From assembly GCA_900019385.1 (NCBI GenBank), contig FIZJ01000003.1:42744-106743 (forward strand): a stretch of DNA of 64,000 nucleotides, written 5' to 3'. Of this stretch, positions 19,011 to 27,168 are shown one piece after another. This DNA is from an uncultured Clostridia bacterium. GTDB lineage: Bacteria; Bacillota; Limnochordia; Darwinibacteriales; DTU012. How positions within the stretch are numbered: the stretch's first letter is position 1; every line of letters begins with the position of its first letter. The position numbers and the translations under genes were made by a program. Below the pieces are notes generated by a model. It worked only from the letters and a program-made list of their open reading frames with translations, ran no database searches and was not told where the DNA came from.

Positions 19011-20879
19011 TCAGCTCCTGCCGTACTCCAGATGAGCATTGAGGTGCTGCCGCACCGCCAGAGCGATCTTCTCCGGCGTCAGCCCGTACAGGTCATGCAG
19101 TTCGGCAATTCTCCCCTGGGGTATGAACTGATCCGGGTAACCAATCACGACTACCCGCTTGCTTCCTGCCGCTGCATAGAATTTCGCTACTGAACTGCCA
19201 AAACCTCCCGCAGCCACATTGTCCTCCAATGTGAAGACCAAGTCTGTTCCGTCGGTCAATTCATCTAAAACAGCGCCGTGAAGCGGTTTCAACTGACGCA
19301 TGTTCACCACTCTGCACGAGATTTCCGGCCTTAACAGCTCCGCAGCTTCAGCAGCCGCATATGTCAGAGGGCCTACAGCCAAAATCGTGCAGTCGCCGCC
19401 CTCAACCAGGATCTCGCCGGCAAGGGCCTGGGCCGGATCAAAATCAAGGTCTGAGCCAACGCAAGTTTCGCTGCGCGGATAGCGGATTGCCACCGGGTGG
19501 TTCTGGGCCAGGGCCCACCTGAGCATGGCTTGGAGTTCGGAACCACTGCGCGGCGCTAAAATGATCAGGTTGGGGATATGGCTTAGGTAACTTAAATCAA
19601 ACACACCGTGGTGGGTAGGGCCATCTTCGCCTACCACACCGGCGCGGTCCACTGCGAGCACCACAGGCAGATCCTGCAGACAGATGTCATGCAGAATCTG
19701 GTCATAGCCTCGCTGCAGGAATGTGGAATAGATGGCAGCCACAGGGCGCATGCCGCTGACAGCCATTCCGGCGGCGAAAGTCAAGGCATGCTGCTCGGCA
19801 ATCCCTACATCGAAGAAGCGTTCAGGAAACGCCTTGGCAAATTCCGTCAAACCCGTTCCATCGGGCATGGCGGCTGTAATGGCCACAATGCGCGGGTCTG
19901 CTTTGGCAAGTTCCACCAACGTTTTGCCAAAGACAGCGCTGAAACTGAGGGGCTGTCTTGTTTGATCCGGACCTGAACCGGCAAAGTTCGGCCCCAATCC
20001 GTGGTATTGGACAGGGTCCTGCTCCGCTGGAGTGAAGCCCTTGCCTTTTTGCGTCACAGCATGGATTAACACCGGCCCGCCTCTCTTGATGCCGTCCCTC
20101 AGCGCCCGCTGAAGCAGCCTGATGTTGTGCCCGTCAAAGGGGCCGAAATAGGCAAACCCGAGCTCCTCGAAGAGCTGGCCGGGGAGCAGGCTCTTCACCG
20201 CATCCTTCAGCGACGAACCTAACCGGCTCACGGACCCACCGATGGCCGGTATCTTCTTAATAAGGCTTTCCAGTTCTGCTCTGGCTTTGTATAAGGTTGG
20301 ATCCAGGCGGATCTTGTTCAAGTAGTTGCTCAATGCCCCCACATTCTTGGAAATGGACATGGCGTTGTCGTTCAAAATAACGACCAGATCCACCCCCAGC
20401 TGGCCGGCGTGATTGAGTGCTTCGAAGGCCATACCTCCGGTCAGGGCTCCGTCGCCGATCACCGCCGCCACCCTGAAGTCTTCCTGGTTCAAATCCCTGG
20501 CTATGGCAATTCCCAAAGCGGCGGAGATGGAGGTGGAACTGTGGCCGGCGCGGAAAACATCATGAGAGCTTTCTTCGGGCACAGGAAATCCAGAAATCCC
20601 GCCGAACTGCCGCAGTGTCTCGAAGTTGTGGTACCGGTTGGTTAGAAGTTTGTGAGGGTAACACTGATGCCCCACGTCCCAGATGATTTTATCCCTTGGG
20701 CTGTCCAGCACCGAATGGAGAGCAATAGTCAATTCCACCACACCCAGGTTTGCCCCCAGATGGCCTCCGGTTTTTGTCACCGTGGCGATGATCTTGTCGC
20801 GGATTTCCTGGGCCAGGGCTGTCAGCTGATTATAATCTAACTTATGCAAATCTTGTGGAGATTGAATTGACTCCAGCAA
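19011..20879 (-). CDS. dxs: 1-deoxy-D-xylulose-5-phosphate synthase
   Basis: GGHLG, WDVGHQ, GHSSTSISA, GDGALTGGMAFEALN and DVGIAEQH. Confidence 0.97.
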   Translation of the reverse strand: MLESIQSPQDLHKLDYNQLTALAQEIRDKIIATVTKTGGHLGANLGVVELTIALHSVLDSPRDKIIWDVGHQCYPHKLLTNRYHNFETLRQFGGISGFPVPEESSHDVFRAGHSSTSISAALGIAIARDLNQEDFRVAAVIGDGALTGGMAFEALNHAGQLGVDLVVILNDNAMSISKNVGALSNYLNKIRLDPTLYKARAELESLIKKIPAIGGSVSRLGSSLKDAVKSLLPGQLFEELGFAYFGPFDGHNIRLLQRALRDGIKRGGPVLIHAVTQKGKGFTPAEQDPVQYHGLGPNFAGSGPDQTRQPLSFSAVFGKTLVELAKADPRIVAITAAMPDGTGLTEFAKAFPERFFDVGIAEQHALTFAAGMAVSGMRPVAAIYSTFLQRGYDQILHDICLQDLPVVLAVDRAGVVGEDGPTHHGVFDLSYLSHIPNLIILAPRSGSELQAMLRWALAQNHPVAIRYPRSETCVGSDLDFDPAQALAGEILVEGGDCTILAVGPLTYAAAEAAELLRPEISCRVVNMRQLKPLHGAVLDELTDGTDLVFTLEDNVAAGGFGSSVAKFYAAAGSKRVVVIGYPDQFIPQGRIAELHDLYGLTPEKIALAVRQHLNAHLEYGRS

Positions 20880-20902
20880 GCACTATACGCCCCTTTCCAG
20901 TC

Positions 20903-21469
20903 TTACTTGCGGTTTTTAGCTTTGTCTGTTTTCACTATTCTTAGTCCTGCTTTTTCCAACGCATACAATACCCGCCCCACCACGTAGAGGATCTCGGTGG
21001 AGCGCTTGATGGCAAAGCTTTTTGCATAGGCTTTTCCACCGACAGTAATAGCGGCGACAAGCCCGATCAGCAGCGTGTTGGCGATGCTTTCGCGTATCTG
21101 GGGGTTGCTGAGGGCAAGTCGGAACACAATGGCGGCGGCAATGGCTCCACTGATCGTGCCAGCGATGTCGCCAACCACATCGTTGGAAAAAGATGCCACC
21201 CGGTCCGCGTGACGCACCAGCCAGATGCTGTGTTTGGCCCCCACAATCTTGTCAGAGGCCATGGCATGGAAAGGATCCTCTTCCCCCGATGCTGCGGCAG
21301 TGCCCACGATATCGAAGGCAATCCCCAGCAGCACAATAAAAAAAAGCAGTATGAAGCTGACGGCAAGAGGTGAAAACTCGAGTACAGCATTACTGCTGAA
21401 ATTGATCAACACAGAGATGACGAACGTGGTCACACCGGTTATCAGACTATGTTTGAGGTGTTTTTTCAT
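20903..21469 (-). CDS. oapA: OLE-associated protein A (4-TM, DUF21/CNNM-related)
   Basis: 188 aa with four hydrophobic segments; FDIVG, PFHAMAS and NDVVGDIAGTISG (DxxxD at D97/D101); immediately downstream of the OLE RNA and upstream of dxs. Confidence 0.88.
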   Translation of the reverse strand: MKKHLKHSLITGVTTFVISVLINFSSNAVLEFSPLAVSFILLFFIVLLGIAFDIVGTAAASGEEDPFHAMASDKIVGAKHSIWLVRHADRVASFSNDVVGDIAGTISGAIAAAIVFRLALSNPQIRESIANTLLIGLVAAITVGGKAYAKSFAIKRSTEILYVVGRVLYALEKAGLRIVKTDKAKNRK

Positions 21470-21496
21470 CTAAAACCTTTCCCATGATATGTAATA

Positions 21497-22121
21497 ATAA
21501 AAAGTGAATGACAGTGAATTGAGTAAAGATTGTGGCTTAGGTCCAGCAGGTTTTCCCAAAGATCCTCCGGCCCGTCGCCGCAGCCGGCGGTTTCCCCTTT
21601 CCGATCTTTTTGCCATGTCGCCATTGGCAAGGCTGGATTACCACTTAGTCCACACCGTAATCCTCAATCCACCTTCGTGAATACGAAACAGTCTAGGAGT
21701 TTTCCTCGACACCAATCGGCCATCTCTAGCCTCTTTTGCAGTACGGGTTTCAAGCCATGGACGCCTTGGCCTTTGGCATCCATATAGAAAGCCGCTATCC
21801 CCCCAATACCGCTCAAGGCAGGCTACTCTATACCCAGCACAAGGTTCGTATAGAGCTATGTTCGCGTACCGAGTATAGGTTCACTCCTAAGCCATAGCAG
21901 TACAGTCTCCCGTACCACCACACACTTAGGTCTCCGTGATAAAAGGGTCAATACCTACATGCCGTTGTAGATTGCCCTCTTATCTTAACCCCCAGCAGCA
22001 ACCCCCGACTGGGCGTCAAAGGCCACCACCAGAGACTTCATCGATGTGCCCTCAACGGATTTTTAGGCCCGTCTTCGAGATGAGATTGGTGACTAGAATA
22101 CTGCGTCATTCACTTTTATTC
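21497..22121 (-). ncRNA. ole: OLE RNA (ornate, large, extremophilic RNA)
   Basis: ~625 nt with no credible ORF. The 5' end AAUAAAAGUGAAUGAC pairs with the 3' end GUCAUUCACUUUUUAUU. Segments recalled as OLE-conserved: GGGCCUAAAAAUCCG, GGGCACAUCGAUGAAGU, GACGCCCAGUCGGGGG, GAGGAAAACUCCUAGACUG, GGACUAAGUGGUAAUCCAGCC, GGGAAAACCUGCUGGACCUAAGCC. Diagnostic ispA-ole-oapA-dxs synteny. Confidence 0.92.
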
Positions 22122-22127
22122 ATTTAC

Positions 22128-22156
22128 ATTATACCAGAACTTCGCCGGTTCATCAA
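22128..22156 (-). promoter_or_regulatory. sigma-A promoter of the ole-oapA transcript
   Basis: TTGATG-N17-TATAAT with an extended -10 TG; the predicted +1 (~22121) coincides with the 5' end of the terminal stem. Confidence 0.8.
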
Positions 22157-22159
22157 TTG

Positions 22160-23035
22160 CTACGATTCCCGGTTCTGAACGTACTCAGCCAGTTCAGCCA
22201 GATAATTCTGGCTTGGGAGCCGCCTTGCGTAACGTATGCACTGTTCGACACATTTAACCGCTTTTTTCTGCGCATCCTCCAAACCGAGCAGGGTAACATA
22301 CGTGGTTTTGCCCTGTCGGGCATCAGCGCCTGTAACCTTGCCCAATTTGGCCATATCACCGGCAACATCCAGGATATCATCTGTGATTTGAAATGCCAAG
22401 CCGAGGTTTTCTCCATACAAGGTGATTGCTGACAGTTCTTCGTCATTGGCTCCACCGATCAGGGCGCCACCCCGCAGTGCCGCCAGAAACAGCTTGCCTG
22501 TCTTGTGCCGGTGGATGTATTCCAGAGTCAGTTCATCCACCTCATGCCCTTCGGACTGCAGATCCACGGCTTGTCCGCCCACCAACCCCTGGGAACCACA
22601 GGCTGCCGCCACTTCCTGGATCAAGCGCACAACCAGGCCGCTGTCAAGCGCCATTCGGCTTAAAGTCTCGAAAGCATAAGTCAGCAGGGCATCACCGGCC
22701 AAAATGGCAATCCCTTCTCCAAAAACTTTGTGGTTGGCGAGTTTGCCGCGGCGGTAATCGTCATTGTCCATCGCCGGCAAATCATCATGAACCAACGAAT
22801 AGGCATGAATCATCTCAACGGCACAGGCAAAATCCAAAGCCTGGCTCCCGTCGCCGCCTACAGCCCGGCATGCTTCCACAGCCAGGATCGCCCGCAGCCG
22901 CTTGCCTCCTCCCAGGCATGAATAGCGCATCGCCCGGTGGATCACATCCGGCATGACGGCGGCGTCGGGCAGCAGCTGATTAAGCCTCTCCTCCACCTGT
23001 TTGGCTTGCTCTTTGATATACGCACCGAGATCCAT
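22160..23035 (-). CDS. ispA: farnesyl/geranylgeranyl diphosphate synthase
   Basis: GGKRLR, HAYSLVHDDLPAMDNDDYRRG, GQAVD, HKTG and FQITDDILD. Confidence 0.96.
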   Translation of the reverse strand: MDLGAYIKEQAKQVEERLNQLLPDAAVMPDVIHRAMRYSCLGGGKRLRAILAVEACRAVGGDGSQALDFACAVEMIHAYSLVHDDLPAMDNDDYRRGKLANHKVFGEGIAILAGDALLTYAFETLSRMALDSGLVVRLIQEVAAACGSQGLVGGQAVDLQSEGHEVDELTLEYIHRHKTGKLFLAALRGGALIGGANDEELSAITLYGENLGLAFQITDDILDVAGDMAKLGKVTGADARQGKTTYVTLLGLEDAQKKAVKCVEQCIRYARRLPSQNYLAELAEYVQNRES

Positions 23036-23038
23036 GGC

Positions 23039-23275
23039 CTACTCCGTCTCCTTCTGCACAAATGGTTCAGTTACAGCTTCCCCATTCCGCTCCAGAAGTA
23101 TCTCAATCTTCGCCTCGTATTGATCCAGCTTGGCACGGCAGATACGGGCCAGTTCCACACCTTTTTCAAACAGCTTGAGCGATTCATCCAATGTGACTGT
23201 TCCATCTTCCAACTGCCTAACCACATCTTCCAATGCTTTAATGGCTTCCTCAAAAGTCATATCCGGCTCATGCAC
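23039..23275 (-). CDS. xseB: exodeoxyribonuclease VII small subunit
   Basis: TFEEAIKALEDVVRQLEDG..TLDESLKLFEKG. Confidence 0.95.
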   Translation of the reverse strand: MHEPDMTFEEAIKALEDVVRQLEDGTVTLDESLKLFEKGVELARICRAKLDQYEAKIEILLERNGEAVTEPFVQKETE

Positions 23276-24482
23276 GGCCTTCGGATCCTCCTTCCTCTAC
23301 CTGGCATATAAGCCGCCCGGCTTTCAGCCGCACCAATACCCGCTCTCCACAGCTCACCTGGGCGGCGTCGGTGATCACACTGTCATCCATTTTCTGGCAT
23401 ACTGCGTATCCCCTGGACAATACCGCCAGGGGGCTGAGGCTGTCCAACTTTCCGGTGAGATTCTCGAAGACTTGTTTGGTGATGCTTATCCGGTGGGTTA
23501 TCGCTTTGACCATCGTTGACACCAACTCGTCGACACGCTGCTGTTCCCGGTGGATTCTTTCTTCAGGCCGCAAAAAAACCCGCCGTTCGGTCAGATAAGC
23601 GACGGCCTGCCTTTTGTCCTGCAGCAGTTTTCCCACAGACATGATCAGCCGTTTGGAATTCTGATTAAGCGTCTGGGTTAGGTCAAAATAATCCGGGACG
23701 GCCATCTCGGCCGCGGCCGAAGGTGTCGGGGCCCTCAGATCCGCCACGAAATCGGCGATCGTAAAATCGGTTTCATGCCCGACACCGCTGATCACCGGTA
23801 TGGGGCAGGCAGCGATGGCCCGAGCCACATCCTCATCATTGAAGCACCACAGTTCCTCAATCGACCCGCCGCCGCGGGCCAGGATGATCACATCAAGATC
23901 GCCGCGTTTTCCTGCTTGTTCCAGCGCAGCAACAATGCTGGCCGGCCCTGCTTCTCCCTGGACAACGGCGGGAATCACCAAAACATCCATTTTTGGATAA
24001 CGGCGGCGGATAACACTGATGCAATCTCGTACCGCGGCACCGGTGGGCGAGGTGATAATTCCGATTTTCCTGGGCAGAAACGGCACCTTTTTCTTGCGTT
24101 CCAGGGCGAACAGCCCTTCATCCGCCAGTTTTTGCTTAAGCGCCTCGAATTTAAGATGCAGCGCCCCCACGCCCATAGGGAGGATCTGATCGACATATAT
24201 CTGGTACTCGCCATTTGGTTCGTAGACGCCAAGAGACCCTACGACAATCACCGTGTCCCCATCCTGGGGCGCGAATGTCAGCCTGGCGTTGCGGCTCCGG
24301 AACATAACGGCCTTGATTTTGCTTCCTTCGTCTTTCAGCGAAAAGTACATGTGCCCCGATGTGTGGTGCTTGAAATTGGATATTTCGCCCTGGACAGCGA
24401 TAGAACTGAACTGGGGCTGCTCCAGCTGTGCCTTAATCATTTTCGTCAATTCACTTACGGTGATTACTTGCGGCTGGCTCAT
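23268..24482 (-). CDS. xseA: exodeoxyribonuclease VII large subunit
   Basis: GEISNF, SGHMYFSLKD, RGGGSIEELWCFN, GHETD and RAPTPSAAAE; ATG 24482 after AAGGAGG. Confidence 0.96.
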   Translation of the reverse strand: MSQPQVITVSELTKMIKAQLEQPQFSSIAVQGEISNFKHHTSGHMYFSLKDEGSKIKAVMFRSRNARLTFAPQDGDTVIVVGSLGVYEPNGEYQIYVDQILPMGVGALHLKFEALKQKLADEGLFALERKKKVPFLPRKIGIITSPTGAAVRDCISVIRRRYPKMDVLVIPAVVQGEAGPASIVAALEQAGKRGDLDVIILARGGGSIEELWCFNDEDVARAIAACPIPVISGVGHETDFTIADFVADLRAPTPSAAAEMAVPDYFDLTQTLNQNSKRLIMSVGKLLQDKRQAVAYLTERRVFLRPEERIHREQQRVDELVSTMVKAITHRISITKQVFENLTGKLDSLSPLAVLSRGYAVCQKMDDSVITDAAQVSCGERVLVRLKAGRLICQVEEGGSEGRA

Positions 24483-24503
24483 GCGATCCCTCCTTTGAAT
24501 TAA

Positions 24504-24530
24504 GTTCTCTTTGAATGAGGGAATACCTTC
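24504..24530 (-). promoter_or_regulatory. sigma-H-type promoter upstream of xseA
   Basis: gaAGGTAT-N15-GAACtt, just downstream of a hairpin. Confidence 0.45.
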
Positions 24531-24546
24531 TCGCGCCGACATATGA

Positions 24547-24571
24547 AACAAGCCGGGGTTCCCGGCTTGTT
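24547..24571 (-). terminator. terminator-like hairpin after the small membrane protein gene
   Basis: AACAAGCCGGG-gtt-CCCGGCTTGTT perfect inverted repeat. Confidence 0.65.
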
Positions 24572-24729
24572 CACGGCATCTGACACTTCTTTCGCCGCAT
24601 TCTGTTGATCACAATATCGGTCAAAGCGCCCAAGGCCATTCCCAGGAGAACCCAGGCAGCATAGCCAGGAGCCACCCAATGCCCCACAATCAGGCCTAGT
24701 GCAGCGCCAATTACGAGCTTGACCCACAT
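24571..24729 (-). CDS. small 52-aa two-TM glycine-rich membrane protein (below the ORF-track cutoff)
   Basis: AAAGGAGG RBS, ATG 24729, MWVKLVIGAALGLIVGHWVAPGYAAWVLLGMALGALTDIVINRMRRKKCQMP*; hairpin at the stop codon. Confidence 0.75.
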   Translation of the reverse strand: MWVKLVIGAALGLIVGHWVAPGYAAWVLLGMALGALTDIVINRMRRKKCQMP

Positions 24730-24760
24730 CTGCGCCCCCTCCTTTGGTACACACTATTCT

Positions 24761-25750
24761 TCATGTGGAAAAAACATGACGCAGATACACTGGGCCGGAA
24801 ACGGACACACCGGCAAACACGGCGGCCCCAACCGCATTGTCCACACTGAGTTCCGGAGCGGCAAAGTGCAGATTAAGCTCGGGCAGGCCATCAACAAGTT
24901 CCGCCCGAATCAGGGAATTGGCACAGACTCCTCCCACCAACAGCACCTGGTTTACCGCGGTCTGCTTCACAGCCCACGCAAGCAGTTTGGCCACCGCTCG
25001 GGCCACATTGAGCAGCACAGCCCTGGCCACATCAGCTTTGGCAGCCTCACCTTGGGCTTTCAAGAGCCGCATCGCTGCCGCCTCCGCTCCAGAAAAACTG
25101 ATCTTGCCCTCTTGGTGGTAGGAGGGAATAGTCACAGGCCTGTTGCTGGCCAAAGCCAGCCGCTCAAGGCTTGGGCCTGCTGGAAAGGGCAGGCCCATGG
25201 CCACACCGATCCGGTCGATCAGCTGCCCGGCGTGGAGATCGGCGCTTCCCCCCAGGCAGTTGATTCGCAAGCGGTAGTCGCCTGTCACGGCCACTTCCAG
25301 CACTTCTGAGGTGCCTCCGGATAAATGCAGCGCCAAAAAACGCTCCGTTTTGGGCCCGCCGGCGCTGAGCAGCCCAGCCCAAAGATGATTCTCCTGGTGC
25401 GTTAGCTCATAGCACGGTACAGCAAACGCGCTGCTCAGACATTTGGCAGCGCTGACCCCGGCAAGAAAGACAGGCATGTAGGATCCCTCGGCCGGACGAG
25501 GTGCCGTGGTAACTGCGCATGCCTTGAGACACTGCCTTAAGCTCGGTACCGCGGCGGCTGCCCTGCTCATAATCGACGGCAGATTCTTGATATGCCAAAA
25601 AAGGGCCTCCGATTGGCGAAGGCCCCTTTGCCCGGTTTGGACCGGCAGCAGCTGCCTGATATTGGCAACCACCTGTGCTCTTCCATCCACCACTGCGGCG
25701 GATGTTGTATAGTTGCTGGTGTCTATTCCCAGAAAATATGCTTCACTCAT
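24761..25750 (-). CDS. TsaD/Kae1-family (M22/ASKHA) paralog
   Basis: GIDTSNYTTS, HQENH, SGGTSE, AGQLIDRIGV, GGVCAN and SVDNAVG. Confidence 0.8.
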   Translation of the reverse strand: MSEAYFLGIDTSNYTTSAAVVDGRAQVVANIRQLLPVQTGQRGLRQSEALFWHIKNLPSIMSRAAAAVPSLRQCLKACAVTTAPRPAEGSYMPVFLAGVSAAKCLSSAFAVPCYELTHQENHLWAGLLSAGGPKTERFLALHLSGGTSEVLEVAVTGDYRLRINCLGGSADLHAGQLIDRIGVAMGLPFPAGPSLERLALASNRPVTIPSYHQEGKISFSGAEAAAMRLLKAQGEAAKADVARAVLLNVARAVAKLLAWAVKQTAVNQVLLVGGVCANSLIRAELVDGLPELNLHFAAPELSVDNAVGAAVFAGVSVSGPVYLRHVFST

Positions 25751-26165
25751 GTGGATTCCTGCCTAAATGATCTACTACTGTGCCCAACACACCGTTGATG
25801 AACTTGGATGCCTGAACGTCGCTGAAATCCTTGGCCAGCTCCACTGCTTCGTTTACCGCTACCTTGGTGGGTGTGTCCGGCATATACTTCAGTTCATAGA
25901 CAGCCAACCTCAAAATATTGCGGTCAATATAAGACATCCGTTCGATGGTCCAGTCCTTGGCGAATCCCGCTATCAAACCGTCGATTTCCTCGACATGCCG
26001 CCGCACACCCGCAACCAGACTGTAGGCGAACTCTTGAGCTGAAGCCGACAGGCCTTCTTTTAGATTCGACTGGTTCCATGCTTCATCCGGCGATGACTGC
26101 GTCAAATCGATCTGATACAACAGCTGCAGCGCTTTCCTGCGCGCAAGGCGCCTGCTCAAGCCCAT
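25743..26165 (-). CDS. nusB: transcription antitermination factor NusB
   Basis: RRLARRKALQLLYQ, DRNILRLAVYEL, NEAVELAK and FINGVL. Confidence 0.96.
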   Translation of the reverse strand: MGLSRRLARRKALQLLYQIDLTQSSPDEAWNQSNLKEGLSASAQEFAYSLVAGVRRHVEEIDGLIAGFAKDWTIERMSYIDRNILRLAVYELKYMPDTPTKVAVNEAVELAKDFSDVQASKFINGVLGTVVDHLGRNPHE

Positions 26166-26186
26166 GCACCTCCATACCGGCTGCGG

Positions 26187-26714
26187 CTAACTTGTCTTGG
26201 GCTCCTGTGAGGACAGGACCCCAAACACTGTCACGTTCACTTGTGCAACCTCGATGCCGACTATCTGCTGCAGATAATCGCGGATGCTCGCCTGAACAGT
26301 TTCCGCCAGCTGCGGGATTTGATAATCCGGCAGCAGCTGCAGCTTTAGATTGAGCTGTAAGGGCTGGACATCACCGATACTGACTTTGGCGTCCTTGACC
26401 CCTTCTATGGCCCGCACAGCCTGATAGACCAACCCGGAGATAGTCTGAATGTTGATCCGCACATCACCGAGAGGTGTTTGGCTGACGATGGCCCGTTTGT
26501 CGGTTTTCAGTTCATTGACCAGCATCAGCACAAGATAAAGGGCCAGCAACAACATGATCAGCACCAGCAGGAACCCGTCCAGCTTCACTGTCTGGATCCT
26601 GATCAACCAATCAAGCAGCATATTGTTTCCAAAGGTGGTCGCGGCAGCCAAGACACCCATGACGAGCAAAACTACAATGACAACAGATAGAATGATTCGA
26701 TCAAGCACAGCCAT
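26187..26714 (-). CDS. amaP: alkaline shock response membrane anchor AmaP-like protein
   Basis: Two N-terminal TM helices plus an Asp23-like soluble domain; lies between asp23 and nusB. Confidence 0.75.
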   Translation of the reverse strand: MAVLDRIILSVVIVVLLVMGVLAAATTFGNNMLLDWLIRIQTVKLDGFLLVLIMLLLALYLVLMLVNELKTDKRAIVSQTPLGDVRINIQTISGLVYQAVRAIEGVKDAKVSIGDVQPLQLNLKLQLLPDYQIPQLAETVQASIRDYLQQIVGIEVAQVNVTVFGVLSSQEPKTS

Positions 26715-27116
26715 CTACTTCACCCGGGCGGGCGGCGCATCCCCAGGCTGCTCTTCTTGAACAGGCTGCGGAAAGTGTACGCCCAACACATGAATGTTCA
26801 CTTCCACAACATCAAGCCCTGTCATGCCCTCAATCGCCTGCTTGACATTGTTTTGGATGTTCCTGGCCACCTCGGGAATTGATATCCCGTAATTGACAAT
26901 TATAAACAGGTCCACTGCCGCTTCATGCTCGCCTACTTCAACCTTGACTCCCTTGGAAAGGTTCTTTCTACCAAGCATTTCCGCTATGCCGCCGGCTATG
27001 CCGCCGCTCATCCCGGCTACTCCCTCTACTTCAGTGGCGGCCAGGCCGGCGATGATGCCCACTACTTCATTGGCGATTTTGAGTTCTCCTAGACTGGCCC
27101 GTTCCTCTTCTGCCAT
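26715..27116 (-). CDS. Asp23/Gls24 family protein (YqhY-like)
   Basis: IANEVVGIIAGLAATEVEGVAGMSGG, KGVKVEVG and MTGLDVVEVNIHV. Confidence 0.92.
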   Translation of the reverse strand: MAEEERASLGELKIANEVVGIIAGLAATEVEGVAGMSGGIAGGIAEMLGRKNLSKGVKVEVGEHEAAVDLFIIVNYGISIPEVARNIQNNVKQAIEGMTGLDVVEVNIHVLGVHFPQPVQEEQPGDAPPARVK

Positions 27117-27139
27117 GATCGGCACCTCCTCACAGTGAT

Positions 27140-27168
27140 ATTATAACAAATCACCTAATATTTGACAA
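27140..27168 (-). promoter_or_regulatory. sigma-A promoter of the asp23-amaP-nusB operon
   Basis: TTGTCA-N17-TATAAT with an extended -10 TG. Confidence 0.75.

Noticed and set aside
21530..22178. Plus-strand ORFs 21530-21787 and 21936-22178
   Set aside because: No RBS or protein-like features; they are antisense to the OLE RNA, which explains the region
24500..24754. ORF-track 84-aa ORF
   Set aside because: The overlapping 52-aa frame (24571-24729) has the RBS, TM character and terminal hairpin
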